Part shown: positions 1 through 35,269 of the stretch, piece after piece | How positions within the stretch are numbered: the first letter of the stretch is position 1 | How the letters are laid out: every line of letters starts with the position of its first letter | NCBI GenBank assembly: GCA_030141605.1 | Contig: JAQGDQ010000145.1 | Span: 248,001-312,000 of the forward strand | Origin: Tubiluchus corallicola | Lineage: Eukaryota; Animalia; Priapulida | Direction of reading: 5' to 3' | Length of the DNA: 64,000 nucleotides | The notes under the pieces: model-generated | Database searches by the model: none | Told to the model about the DNA's origin: nothing | The model's input: the letters and a program-made list of their open reading frames with translations, nothing else | Made by a program: the position numbers and the translations under genes

Positions 1-461
1 TTTGATAAAATCCCTTTGTTATACAATCAAATATTTTTATAAATTTGATAAATGAAATGTTTTCTTATGGCAACTATGAGTTTTTTCATAGTATAAAATG
101 AGTAATGTTTCTAATTTTTCCTTGTGGTGAACTATGTAAGATGACACCATTATAAATTTAGTGTTTTTTTATTTTTCTACATGCGCAAGGTTAAACAGTT
201 TTATATACTACGTGTAGTTTAATAAGTTTATACAATAGTTTTGTATTGTACGGTGATGGGAAACTGAAAGTGCAATGATATACTGTTATATTAGTATGTT
301 GTGCTGTTATAGTAGTAATATTAACAATCGAACATTTCTTCTGCAGGTCCATCTCAAGACACACAGATTTGCAAAATTGTTCATTGACAATTTTTGCTAA
401 AACAATCACACCTTACCAAGCAAGAGCTTTCAGACTTAAACTTAACTAGAATTCAAAAAAG

Positions 462-866
462 ATGGAAAAATTTCTGGGAAAATGGACACAGGTAAAGCAC
501 GAAAAGCTGGATGAATACTTGACCACTCAAGGAATTCCATGGCCAGTTCGTAAAGCAGCCATTGCTGCTGGTCTAACCACAGAAATCACGGAAAAGGATG
601 GAGTATTCCAGCTTCACCAGTGGAATCTTATTAAGACAGTAATGAATCTGTCATTCAAGATAGATGAAGAGCTTGACTGGACACGACCTGATGGGAAAAA
701 GTGCAAGACCAAGTTTTACTTGGATGGGGAGAAACTGATACAGGAAATGATGTTCGAAGATGAAAAAGTTGAAAATATTGTTAGAGAGCTTGTTGGGGAA
801 CAGTTGGTTCAAACAGTAACAAGTGGTGACATAGTTTGTAAGAGATTTTTTAACAAAGCAAAATAG
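462..866 (+). CDS. FABP: Intracellular lipid-binding protein (FABP/CRABP family), single coding exon, 134 aa
   Basis: Complete ORF with family motifs: N-terminal FLGKW, 'EKLDEYL..G....RK', 'SFKIDEE', 'DGKKCKT', 'KLIQ', 'IVRE' and C-terminal 'VCKRFF'. Length is typical for the family. A good acceptor (ttcttctgcag, ending 346) upstream suggests a 5'-UTR intron. Confidence 0.93.
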   Translation: MEKFLGKWTQVKHEKLDEYLTTQGIPWPVRKAAIAAGLTTEITEKDGVFQLHQWNLIKTVMNLSFKIDEELDWTRPDGKKCKTKFYLDGEKLIQEMMFEDEKVENIVRELVGEQLVQTVTSGDIVCKRFFNKAK

Positions 867-3049
867 GCATTTAACCTCAAGGTATTTTCTGCAAGAGAGA
901 AATTATGAGTAGAATTCAATTTTTGTTGCCATCTGTTGTGCACGCATTTCTTCAAATTCTTTTTTTCCTCGAGCACATTGTTATTTATTCTGTAACAAAG
1001 TGACAGTGACACATTCAGCGACAAAGGATTCATTGATTTTTGTAAAAATCAGTCTAAATATCTATCAGTGCCTTCAACTTTTGTAATTCCTTACTTCAGC
1101 TTGACAGGGTAGCCTTATATTATTACCTGTACATTTCGACTATCCAACTAAATTATGTCAGCTCATAATTTTTAATGTAAAACGTAAGTATGTAAGACAC
1201 TACTAACTCTGGCTATGGTTTACTTTTTAATAATTTAACAGTTCACTGCAATCATATGACTTGATATACTACGTACTGCATTGATTTACGGATTTCAAAA
1301 ATTTTTCGTACTTTCAGCTAGCCATGATTAGGTGAGCCCATGTGATGTACCTGTATGTTAACTATAGCTGGAATCATCATGGCAAAAGCTTTTGTGAATC
1401 AGCATAATCTTTTTGTTCTTACGAATGTGAAAATATGTTTACCTTGAGCAATGTCAAAAATGAAAATTGGTAGTAAACTTTAGATATTATACATTGTTTT
1501 ATTTTTTAATGGTGTTAATATGTCACATAACATATTATCAGTGTCTTTGTGAGATTCCAAATACATTTAAAAAGATAACTTTAATTGAAGCAACACAGTA
1601 ATTTGAAAAAAATATAATGCGTAACTTATTTTTCAGTTGAGAAAGCAAGCAAGACAAACAAAATAGCTAAAAATACACATGCCGCTACACTATGCTACAA
1701 ATTCTCTTTAAGCTATAAAGCTAAAACATCTATAACAAATGATATTCTTTCTGACATAACAGTATTTAATGAATCATATTGAATATTTAATTAATTACAT
1801 GAAAGATATATAATAACTAAAATTTTAGCTACATTGGTCGCCTGGTAACCATATTTCACAAAATAACAATTTTATAACAGAATAAGTCTGTGTGATTACA
1901 AAAGGTCCATTTACAACCAAAACTCAGTAATTTAGCAAAAAATGTTGAACAATGCTTGGGTTACAGACCTGATTAGATGATAAATTACAGAACACATGAC
2001 CTACTGATAAATCATCAATTATTTTATTAAGACTATAATTTAATTAAGACTTTTTCCTATCATTAATTCGCTACCAGGTATTAAAAGCTTGTCTAGCAGC
2101 TGATGCTATAATAAGCAACATTTTGCTGCTTTAACTAGGAATTAAAATTCGTTGACAAAATAAAAAACTGATTTAAGTAACTTTGAAAATTCACTTTCAT
2201 AATGAGATATTCATTATTAAATGAGAAAACTGATGCTAAAAGTTCATCATCTTTGTTTTAAAATGAATTAGTGTTAAATAGAATGGGCAGAAGGAAATTG
2301 TTTACTTTCTTGTGTCATGGTGCCATGTGAACTTTTTTAATTAGTTACTGGTCTTTGTACTTAAATGGCTTCATCAACTCCGTACTTGTTTTCAACTCAG
2401 CTGTACCTGTAAACTTTGTCACTAGCCTTTTCACTTTGTACTAGTCTTGACAAGAAAAAGCAGGATAGAAAAGAATATCTCTGATTTGGTAATTTCGAAA
2501 GAAAGCCAAAAAAAGCAATCCGCAACGAGAGACCAGCACCTATACAAGGAATAGTAGATTGGGTTAGGTTAAAGTTTAGCAGCAGGAGGTTTTCAACACT
2601 GCAGTGCTGACATGAGTGTAGTTACTGTATGTAGATAGGAATAAAGTTAAAGCATGACCTGCAGGAAATATATAGCGGTAGCGTATGTACACCTTGCCGG
2701 AACATAGTAAGCTATTCATTGCAAAAGGTAGAGGTTAATACTTGGGTGATCAAACTGCCAACGCTAATATATGTATTACGTGTCAAATCAATTTTCTTGC
2801 ATCTACACAATTACCTAATATGCCAAATTAAAAGTAGAAGTAGTACTGCTACTGCTAAGACTTTTACTGTATTACCATAGATCGACAAGGTGAAGCCTAT
2901 ATGTGGGCTTTTTGTCCACAGAATTTTCTCTCTTGCATTTAAATTTTTTTTTGTTTTTTTGCCATGTTATCTCTGTGGTGAAGGAAGAAAAGCCAGTGGT
3001 GGTTAAGTAAAAATGTCAGTTTAGTCGTTTAAGTGGACAGTTTAAAATG

Positions 3050-3440
3050 GTAAGTGCAGAAGGGTTGGAACGGATCGTGGAACTTCTTTAGATGGTTTTC
3101 CCAGTACGTCGAACTTCTTCCTGTATTGATTTGCTGATGTGGTGATATCGATGAAGTGAGAGAATACCAGTCGTTTATCACTAACAAAATGAATCTGCTC
3201 TTGTTTCTACATGTAGGTTCAGTAATGTTATATCCCGCTCCTGGTGTTTTTGTTAGGAAATATTTTCTGCTGTCCTTGTATTGTTGTAAAAGATATGATA
3301 CAACATTATTTAGCCACTTCTTCTTCTTCTGATGCGCATGGATAGTAACTTCAATATCTGCATTCTCTGTGAGTACGATAAGATTTTTAAAAGTTTAATT
3401 GATGGTACTAACTTGGTGACAGTTAGGTGAAATTTTGAAC
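3050..3440 (-). mobile_element. Decayed 3' end of a CR1-clade LINE (ORF2 C-terminus)
   Basis: Minus-strand translation gives VTKLVPSIKLLKILSYSQRMQILKLLSMRIRRRRSG*IML, then ...VINDWYSL.... This matches the CR1 C-terminal pattern ATKLVP..LSY.ERL..L.L.SL..RR.RGD / VVN.WN.L. Stops and frameshifts are present. Confidence 0.6.
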
Positions 3441-5104
3441 TTGAAATAAGTTACGAATAAAAACTAAACAAACAAACCTATCTGTCGCCTTTTACGCAGT
3501 GCGGCACTTGATTCAACAACTAATTTAACAACAAAATGACGTAAATCATGAAACTCGTAGGTTTTAATGAATCTTACAACATATGCCGTACGCAATACGG
3601 AACACCTTTTCGAGGTTTTCATTGAAGCCTTGATTAGCAGCGTATTCAACGCCTAATGGGTAGTAATCACTGCTAACTTGCTGAGTTGCTAACGACCGCT
3701 GCGCATCGTAATAATAATTAATTTTTTTATCGCCAGGCTTTGTATGTTATGACTAATTTTGTCTTGATCTTTAATTAATAATAATTATTTACTAACTTGT
3801 TTATTCTTTTTCATTTTTTAACATTTGTAATATCTACTCTATGAACTATGATGAATTTTATTTCACACATCAAAAAATACAATATCAAACACATGAATAA
3901 ATTTTAAATAAAATAATTTGAGTATTGCGAGGTGAGTGTACGACCATGCGGTCATTAACACATACTCACAGCTAGTGTTAATAAAATGCTATTATTACAT
4001 GCTTCAGTGCTACAAAACATACATAACATGGAATGACTGTGCTGTATTAATTAGGCTGCGGTTAGGAAAGCCAGAATAATGACTTTTTATTCAAAAAGAT
4101 GAAAATTCAGTTATATAAGAAAAGAATGTTGTTGTTTATAATGAAACTTGTACAAGCTTATTGTAAAAGTGTGGTTCTAATTATTATAAGTGCTTGGTAT
4201 CTAAGTCTTGTATTGGTAAAAAAAAGCTAAGAACAAATTATGTTGTAGTTACAAACAACAATACACACAACAAAAATGAGTGATTAATGAAGCTGCGTGC
4301 ATAAGATTAGTAAACTAAAGGAGTCATTACATTGAATAGTCTAAAATAACAATATAATTATAGCAGAACATTTAACCAAAATTGCCTTTCGTTGAACTTG
4401 ATTTCAAAATGTTAACTAATTCATGAAAAAATGTTACATATGATAAATTGATGAGGTCGGCAAACACTAACCATATCTAAGAAAGCAAACGATCAACTGA
4501 CGAAGAAGTCAGCTAGGGAGTTGAATAATATACTACATCTTTATGTGGTTGATACAAATGAATTCATTGATTGTAATGCTCTTGAAGCATTAAGTGCAAG
4601 GCAAAGCACTTCATGCAAAAAAGTGGCCTAATCTGTTAATCTACTCTCATTTCCTAAAATGCTGCCGATGTGGGGTGGTTGTATTGGGTGGAGATCAGAT
4701 GCACAGATTGAATACATTCCGTCTTTTTTAGATTGATTCATTTGTTTTTAAATGTTCCAAAGAAAACACAATAACTTGCAGTTATGCCACTCCTGATACA
4801 ACAGAGAATTTACAAAAGTTCAGCAAAGGTAAATTTTAAATTTAAATGGAAATTTCAAGTTTGCCGCTGCAATGAGAGGTACAGCATCTGTTTTTTTGCA
4901 AAGAACTAGTCACGTGAACTTTCACGTAAGTCACTCTTGAAAAAATGGCAGGTTCCTATGAATTACGCAAGAAAATGTATTTTCAGAGTCTGGCTGGCGC
5001 CTCAGAATTTAGCGCCCTAAGCCACTGCTTAGTTAGCCTATTGGTAAATACCCTGCATCAAACCACATAAATTAGAAAATGTAAATTGAAATTAATAGCG
5101 AAAA

Positions 5105-5312
5105 CACAAAACACAAATGTATAGTACCATATCCATACACTAAAAAACACAAATGCGTAGCGCCACACACTAAAAAACACAAATGTGTAGTACCACACAC
5201 TAAAAAACACAAATGTGTAGTACCACACACTAAAAAAAACACAAATGGGTAGTACGACACGAAAGAACGCAAATGCGTAGTACCATACTGTAAAATAATA
5301 CAAACGCGTAGC
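5105..5312. repeat. 30-bp minisatellite (~7 copies, unit TAAAAAACACAAATGTGTAGTACCACACAC)
   Basis: Directly visible tandem units with a 30-nt period; flanking copies are degenerate. Confidence 0.9.
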
Positions 5313-8251
5313 GTCAAATTGCTAACAGAAACAAAAAAACAAACATTCAGTTAGCATTACACCGTTTCTTGCACAAGTTAACCCTTAGGCTACAAAGTTA
5401 AAGTTCTTGGACGGACGTCCTGGTGGCAAGGACGACCTGGATGGATGGATTTGGTGGCAAGGATAAACCAAGACAGTCATAGGAGTGACTTTTTGCAGTA
5501 GATGACCAAGGCCGAGATATACGGTTAATATTTACCTATATACCAGCTGCTGAGCATCTCCACCAGGCAGTAGCCAAACCAGCTGGTTTGCGGTGCCATT
5601 CCGTTGCTTTCAGACAGGCATCCTCCACACTAAAGCCTATAATACACCAAAGTGGCTGACTTCCAGTGTCTTCTGGGGTATCATCTCTTATTAACGATAT
5701 GCATATCCTGTTTCTTGCTGCCAGGCGCTACATAGATGCAGCCACTGAGTGTGGACGCCAGACTCTAGATGTTTTGGGATGCTATAACCCAGGCATCAGA
5801 CGTAGTATGTGCGTGCTGTTGCTGAAGGAATGCTTAGATCATTTTCAGTTCTTACAAGGCGAGTAACGAGTTTACCCATTGGTTGGCGTGTAACAGATCA
5901 TGCTAGCAATTACATAATTTTATAGCTATAATATTCTTTCCTGCCTGAATTCTACACTAATATGGGAATATAATTCTGCTCAAGCAATAACAATTCAAAA
6001 ATCGACACAGGGACAGGAACATCACTTCTATCTAGATCTATTTGAATTAGGGTTTTCATAACCAATATGAAGCACTGCACATTGATATGGCATTGCGTAA
6101 CCATATACAGAGTTGCCACTTCCTGTACCACCTTTCAGGTGAGCTGCCCATAGCAGAGCTAGTGTTTGATTTTGACTGCAGGGAGCTTTAAATTGGAAAT
6201 TGTCTGGAAAAAGCTTATGTTTATTGGGAAATATACAGGCAGATCTTAAGAATTAAGGGTCCTAACGCACTATAACCTGAGCACAGCCAAATATAAACTA
6301 GCGGGAATCAAGAAACTCAGACATAAAGCTTTTAATCCTGTAAAGGAAATTACCCGAAATATATTATTAGTTTGTAGCGTAGCAAGTATTCTGAAAAGTG
6401 ATTTTTAATATATGTTAGTTGCGTATGAGGGACTTTCAAACGATATCCGAAAAGTGCTACTTATTGGAACAGAAACTTTATTAAGAGAATAAGATAATAA
6501 TCTTTGATTTCTGAACACAGCTACCAGATTTACCAAAACTTGATTGTTGTGTAACATGATTTTATAACTTTTCATTCCTAGACTTTTGTGCGACCAATTT
6601 TTTGTGCCTGGTTTCCCTGTGACCACTTTGCCTACAATGCAAGAACAAATCTTCTTGTAAACAGCTCCATGACAAAATTATCCCTTTGAGCGTTGTGTTA
6701 ATAAACCAGATGACTGTGATTTTACAACAGGAGCCCATTTTTGTTTGCCCTTGAGTTTTTATTGTTCTAACTTTCACGGTCGACCTACGAGCTTCCTCTA
6801 AACCGTCGTATGTGTCTATTTACCTCACAATAATAACAATGAAGTTCAAAGCTAAACAAATATTTGTTCACCTGTATTTTGCCACTAAACTCTGTTTCTG
6901 TGCAGGTAAGAAAAGTAAAGAGCAGGATTCTCTTTACAACGGGATTTTTCTGTTTACGCATTTGTGGTGTGGGAAACGAAAAAGGAAACGGATAATAGAA
7001 GTGATGAAATGTGTAAGTTTATATCTTGATGCTCATTTGTAGAGAATTTAATAATTTGTTCAATTATTGGTTAAACACCATTCGTCAGTTTAAAAACATT
7101 AATTAGTTTCAGAGAGTAAATTACAATTTTTTGCGATAATTGCGTGAATAATTTCAACTAAATTGTCACCACTTCAGATCTGACTCGTAGATAGATGTGC
7201 AAGCGGACATTATTTTACTAAAGTGTCCAGCAAGCCCACCTGTAAACATCCGACACACAAATAAACAAATTACATCTCCGATTGGTAAACAAGGGCCACA
7301 GTGTGTACACACATTGGCACTAATACTGCTTATTTACCAGGATTATGATTTTACCAGTTCAATGTGTCTTGTGTTAAGTTATGTGAATAGTGGAAACATG
7401 TCGGCCAAACTACAGGCGTACAATATCAAATATAAATTTTCAGATATGACGTAAGCAATGACGTCTGTAATCTCTTATAATGGATTTTAACACAACGCTC
7501 GTAAGATTTAACAAATGAAAGTTTTAACAAACGCCTCTCCAAACAGTTTTTTATCAAAAATTCGCTCTGTATTAAATCTATCATAGCCACTTGATTTTTT
7601 CGCAGAATTTTGGGGACACGTTGCTTTCGTCTAACTTTAGAAAGAGGTCAAGAGTAGTAATGAGCGCTTGACTCTTCCCGCCTCAAAGCATGGCTGTTAC
7701 ATGCGCTTTTGCGGCGCGGTGGGCTTTTGATACGGGCCGTGAGCAGAGCCAAGTCGCTTAGTCGCTCCTCGCGAGCAGTAGCAGAATTACTGCTCGGCTA
7801 CCTGCAGATCTGAGAGATAGATAATATTCTAGACTAGCGTTCAGTCGTCTGGTTAAACAAACTTTTTGTGCACCGAGTTTAGCCAAATTTACCATGTTTT
7901 TGCCGCATATAGAGTTTATAGCTTTGACTTTCTAACAAGGACCTTCGATGTAACACTTGCAGAAAAGTAAAGCAAAAACGAGGATATCCACAAATCGTTT
8001 AGAGGTGTTTTCTAAACAAACAAATTACAGCTGTTGCTTGCAAGAGGTTAAAGGGGGTATTCGCGGAGGCACTGCGTCTATAGGAGGCTTGAAATCTTTG
8101 TGAAACAGTGGATAACAACTGAAACAACACAGGAATTTATATTTCTCGAGGATTTCATTTCCTTCATCCGTCCTAACCAAATCTTAGCTTAGATTTTGTA
8201 TTTTTCTTCTACCAAAGCTGTAGTGTTTGATATAGAAATCGTATCTATAAA

Positions 8252-26055
<17,804 letters not shown>

Positions 26056-27039
26056 ATGTGATACTAGCTTTTAATCCATAATTTATATTTTTGTGCAAAC
26101 ACTGCCGTTCCTCTACCTTGTTGTTTGCTGAGCTATGGCTTGTTGTTAAATCTGCTCACACCTGAGGGCGCCATCTTCCAGCTGTGTAGCCGCTGGACCA
26201 TTGTTGGCATTATAGAGGTATTCCTAGTATCAATAAGCCAATAATTAACGTAAATTATTTCGAGTGTTATGAGGCTGAAGCTGTACTCCTCGATTACACT
26301 GAAGCATTTTTAATCAATGACACTTTAATTGCTTTAGCCAACTGTTTAGTTTCACAATTCTGTATTTTTACTGGTAGGTGACGCTACATGTCAATAACAA
26401 GAGCTATTATAATGTTTGAAAGGACCGCTAAGCAACGACGTGCTTATCAAAATATACCTCATACCAACACTGCCATGCTTATAACATTATCATCTTTGCA
26501 AAAGCTAGATGGCGTTACACGTCTATAATGAGTCTAAGCAGACTCGTAATGACTAGGTCTTGTCAATAGTAGGGTAGGCCTACATATACTACCACAATGT
26601 ACCTCATAGCAATACTGCCAGTATCTGTTTAAAACTTGAATGCAATACTACATTAACCGAAATGTTTTTTGTTTGCAGAATTTTAAGCATTAAGCTATTC
26701 TTGTTACTTAATATTCTGTTTAACCACAAAGTTTAGGACTAGTCTTTGTTTGTCTTTGCCTATATATATATATATACATATTAGGCACCTATATATTACG
26801 TAAAGTTAAAAAATTAACGTTATTCTCTACCAATCGACTTACTGCTTTTTTAAAACATTTATACTGAATTGTTATAATACCAGCAGCTATAATCTCTGCT
26901 TGTTAGCTCATTATAGATCTAATTAAGTTTGTTTATCGCCAGAAATGTATTATTCTACGAGAAGGTGTTGGATGCTCAATGTGAATAGCTGTCATTGTTA
27001 GTGTTATGGTGTTGCTGCAACAGTCTTACGCCAGTATAG

Positions 27040-27725
27040 AAGTAAGGAGCGTAAAGCGTAAGGAGCAAGCCATAATCTATAACCTGTAATCCATAAGGCG
27101 TCTTCCATCTTCCATAAGGCGTTTGACGTAATTCGCGGTATGCTCCTTAATTTGTTACCTTAATTTTTTAGTTCACCTGATTCAAAATGAGCCATCCAGT
27201 GGATCCAATTGCTTTATTTTACATAATTACAAATTTTATTCACACGTATTTAAGGTGTTTTGCTCATTACAAAATAACAGATTTCTTTAAAAAATGTTTC
27301 ATTATGTTAATCATAATAACCTGCACGTATGTAATTTGTAATTGCAGAATTAGTGCAACGTAGTGTTAAAAATTACTTTTTAATGCTTATGAAACCATTC
27401 TGTTATGAATTTTTATGATATAAATGAATTGCCCACTGTAAAAACCACATATACGCTAATTATCGCTATACCGATGACCAAAAACCCTTATGGCCTTATG
27501 GCAAATGAAATTAATTGCCAAATTCATTTCGTAATAAGTCGCCTTATGAACCGCTTAAAACGGTAAATGACAAGCCTATCGCGGATTATGACTAACGGCT
27601 CTCAATAGGCAAACCGCGTTAGGCAAAAGATGGCAAATGGATTATTTGTGTGACAGGAACCATTGCTTAGTGTATGTTCATTTGTCCCTAGGTGGCTTTT
27701 TCTCCTTACGCCTTATGGATTATGT
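27040..27725. mobile_element. Probable non-autonomous DNA transposon with inverted subterminal motif arrays
   Basis: The left end has repeated GCGTAAGGAG and CCATAAGGCG. The right end has their reverse complements (CTCCTTACGCCTTATGGATTATG at ~27702-27724), and CCTTATGG also recurs internally. No TSD was identified. Confidence 0.5.
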
Positions 27726-30700
27726 CCAGCTCTTTGTGACACGGACCTTAGAGTCACTTAGATGAACTCTTACTAAATAATGTGAAGTTTGTTAAGAATA
27801 GTGTGGCTGCCAAAACTGGAAAGCTTTACAATTATTAATTTTTCTCAGCAAAATTGGACCTGCTTTTGTGGCTACGTAAGCTGATCAAGTTGTGGATAAC
27901 ACTTCGACTTTTACATTGCTGCTATTCACAGTGGTTCAGTAACTTTTGTCTGTAATATTTGTATTGCTAAACATCTAACTAATGATCACGAGAGTTAAAT
28001 GCATTTCTGCCATTTGCTTTTAGCATCTTGTTATTGTAATAAAAATGACTGACTCTTACATGTTTTTTCAAAACATTTTGCAAATGTTTTATTGAAATAA
28101 ATTGTTTTATTACTATAAAATCACTTCATCAACGGTCATCACTTCATCACCAATCACTTCATCACCACATTTTCTATATACTATTTGTCATCGTAGCGTA
28201 AATTAATACACGTTCTTCCACTGAAGAGTATTAAATGAACATTTGAAACAAATAAGGCATTTTTCGTTACTAAACATTTCAGATTTTAAGACAGAGTCCA
28301 GCATGGGATTAAATGAAATCAGTTCAACACATTTACAAAAATAATACTGAAATTTACAAAAGTCAGTATTGTAAATATCAAACAATAAAAGCATTTAAAA
28401 TACCCGGTTTTGCTTATTACTCTGAGCAGTTTTAGAGTGCCAGAGGGGGAAAATGACTGGATCATCTACTTCTCCTGACACCAACGAAATGTTTCGCCGA
28501 CAAGGGCTGAAACTCCCCTGTTTAATTTTATTACCAGCAGACGCGGAGGCCAAACAGTTTACATTTTTGGCATCCACCATCAAAGAATAGTATGATGTGT
28601 AAGAGAAACGATACCTTATTTGGAAATTACACGAAGTAGTTTCCAGAAAAACAATAGAGTTTACACCTTGGGTTAAGCTAACTAAACCAGTAATCAGGCA
28701 GAGAAAGACGCTTTTATTCTGGTCAGATGCAAAACTTGGCTTCAAGAAAAACTTACATTTAACGTGAAAGGGGTGTCCAGCACAATATAGCAGTTTTTCT
28801 TCGATTACATCAGTTAGATTTTTTTTGTGTTACTAAAAGTGCTTTGTGTTGCTAAAAAAGTAAAATCAAGTTTAGTCAGAATATATTTTTATGAATGTAA
28901 CCCAACAAGTAATATTAAGATAGTGTAATGCTCTATGTGCAAGCTATGTTTGGTCAATAAAAGTGCTTTGCGGTTGTATAACCAATATCTAAGTACCCTT
29001 TTAATGATTTTTTTACAGAGGGAATCGTCTTGATTCACCTCTGCCCACAGTTTTATTAGGCTTGCTGTTAAGTTTTAGTAGAAAACGATACGTTCCTACA
29101 ACTTAAAACTTGTAAAACATATTTTGTATTGCGTTTCCTCTGCTTTCAATTATATGAGCACCCTATACTTCTGCGGAGTAAAGCCTTGTCTCTTCCACAG
29201 TTTATTCAAAAATGTTAAGAGAATTTATCGGGTTTACTTAATTATTAATATTTCTACGGATAATGTAAAACGATTTCAATCCTTTGTCTTTTAGTTCATT
29301 TAGAAAAGTAAACAAAAATTTATAATCTTACTTCTTCCTCTAGGTGTCAGGCCTCGGATGAACCAGTTTTTTTTGCAATGAACTAAAGCACGATTGTTAT
29401 TCCACTCAAGCAACTACTGAAAAATATACAAGTGATGAAAACGTCGAATGCAACATGAGTGAAAACAACTTCACCAAGCTCAGTTTATATCTTCACAGAA
29501 AAGTGTGCAGAGCAACGTGATCTAAATGAAATTTGAATTTCGTGTAATAAGGGTATCGATTCGTACGATATTATATATACGATATTTGATTCGTACGATA
29601 TGCCTATGATACAAGAGTAGAACTTGAGAGAAATGCAAACTTTTATTGTAATGCAAACTTCAATGCTACAGCTAACAGTGTATAGGCTACATTGATATAC
29701 TGAGTGAAAAGAAAGCAAAAATACAACTGTTTTCGTCCAACAGATTATCTTTTTCTTAACTAACAAATGAGTCAACTCATTTCACCTGCAAACAATTGAG
29801 TAGGCTGGTGCGTTTTTCCTGTAATGTCAAATGAAAAAATGGCCCTACCCCTAAAAAATTGATAGAAAACATTCTTTGGCGTTTTCTTGTAGATGCAGAG
29901 GTAACATATCCAAATTAGGCCGAAATTTGAGCACTGTAAAGGGCCATATTATGACGTCAAAAAAGATGGCCGCCATTTGATAAAAATGAATGGGTATTTA
30001 GGGGTGAGTCAACAAATTAACCCTACTACTGTGGAAACTGTTAGATATGTACACACAAGCCGTTAAAGCTGTAGGCTTTTTCGTGCAAATAATGATTGAC
30101 TGAAATGTATTTTTATACGATCATGCAAAAACTAAGTGTGCGTAATGAGCAAAAGCAAAATTAGTGGTAAAAGAAATTATTTCATAGATGAAAATAATAA
30201 TAAGGTTGTAGTCGGCATAGTAGCTGCTATATGATGCTATTTCAGAAATGCACAGTACGAAAGTGTTTTTATGTAATTACTAATTAATTAGAAATCACTA
30301 TATCAGGTCTATGAATGACGTAAATTGTATGCAGGTGACTCAATAGTGCTTGTCACTTGTGCGTTTAGCAAGCAATGACACGGATGTCACTATTAATTTG
30401 CTGTTACACCCATCATCACATGTTTTGACCTGCGATTAGCGATAAGTATGTTTGCTTTATTGTTTAATAAAATACGATCGTACGAAAACGGTCATAACAG
30501 GGTTAGAGCACGCAGTGTTTTCAATAACCCCTATACTAGCTCCTCCTATCTTTTAACAATAAGAAAGCCAGCTAGTACATTCTAGCCGTCTAAGGAAAAA
30601 GATTAATCAGAACAACAAAAATTTCTCGTATTCCATACGTAGTCACGCCACAGCTGGCTCTACCACTAGGTAAACTAGGACGCAACGTTTTGTGAGGCAT

Positions 30701-31446
30701 CAAATTCTGAAAGTAGTTTTTCAATTTTTAAATAAAGTAATAAGATATTGTATGTGTAATTGCTTAAGCGCACAACACTTTAACTAAAGGAAACGAACTA
30801 CTAAGTGTTTTCCCTCAACAAAACGTTTTGTATTTTTGCTTTATGTCGTTTATTAAGATTACCATAGTTCACCCAGACACTGCTACCCTGCTTTAACGCA
30901 CAGTTTCTACTGTATACATAAAGTATCAGACCTAATGGTTGAATAAAGTTTACATATCAAAAAGTTTTTGAAGAAAAGGCTGAGGGAAAATGTACGAGAA
31001 ACTGCAGGAATTTTGATTGCTCTTAAGGACGTACAGTGGGGTCACAAGATTCAATTTCAACTTCAGTCAACACAAGCTGTAGATAGCATATTAAGTATAC
31101 TTCATCAGTACATTATATTACATGTATAAACCTATTACATGTCTGCCGTTGTAATTTATTATAATATCACACAAGAAAAATTTAGTTTTGGAGGCGTGAT
31201 GTTGACCATGGAGGAAGGGGTTAACCCGTTGAAGAGGGGGTGCTAAAAATACTTCTGCCTAAGGCGCCAAACTACCTAGAGCCGGCCCTGAGTCAGGTGA
31301 CTTGTTTCCAGGCTCCCACAAGAAATTATGCACATAGTCATGTAGAGTTTATCACGCCAAAGTACAATTTTAATAAGTACATAGCTAATTTTCATCTAGG
31401 TAAAGAAGCTTACAGCAGAGCAGATGCTAACATTCCCAGAGCAAGT

Positions 31447-31481
31447 TATATAAACTTCGATGGTCGTGGTTTTTATCATTT
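31447..31481 (+). promoter_or_regulatory. Core promoter of alpha-amylase: TATA box plus initiator
   Basis: TATATAAA at 31447-31454 and an Inr-like TCATTT at 31476-31481. The Inr A at 31478 is ~31 nt downstream of the TATA start and 9 nt upstream of the ATG at 31487, which is canonical TATA-Inr spacing. Confidence 0.6.
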
Positions 31482-31486
31482 TCACC

Positions 31487-35269
<3,783 letters not shown>

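Noticed and set aside
5105-5312. CRISPR-like regular array (also the 13-bp array at 22645-22854)
   Set aside because: These are head-to-tail tandem units without unique spacers, in a eukaryotic context with no cas genes.
5400-5900. RTE-like retroelement remnant (also possible LINE relics at ~10780-11330 and ~17280-18060)
   Set aside because: Only faint motif resemblance by eye; a profile search is needed before annotating.
6560-6780. THAP-domain-like fragment on the minus strand (MGSCC...W...VTGKP)
   Set aside because: The key C-x-x-H-F motif cannot be read in any single frame; too degenerate to call.
7660-7810. GC-rich putative SBSPON promoter with a small hairpin (GAGCAGTA...TACTGCTC)
   Set aside because: Plausible location, but no diagnostic core-promoter arrangement could be fixed without TSS data.
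31460-31486. Upstream in-frame ATG (31460) as amylase start
   Set aside because: It lies between the TATA box and the predicted initiator, so it is probably not transcribed. ATG 31487 (CACCATG) gives a clean 16-aa signal peptide.
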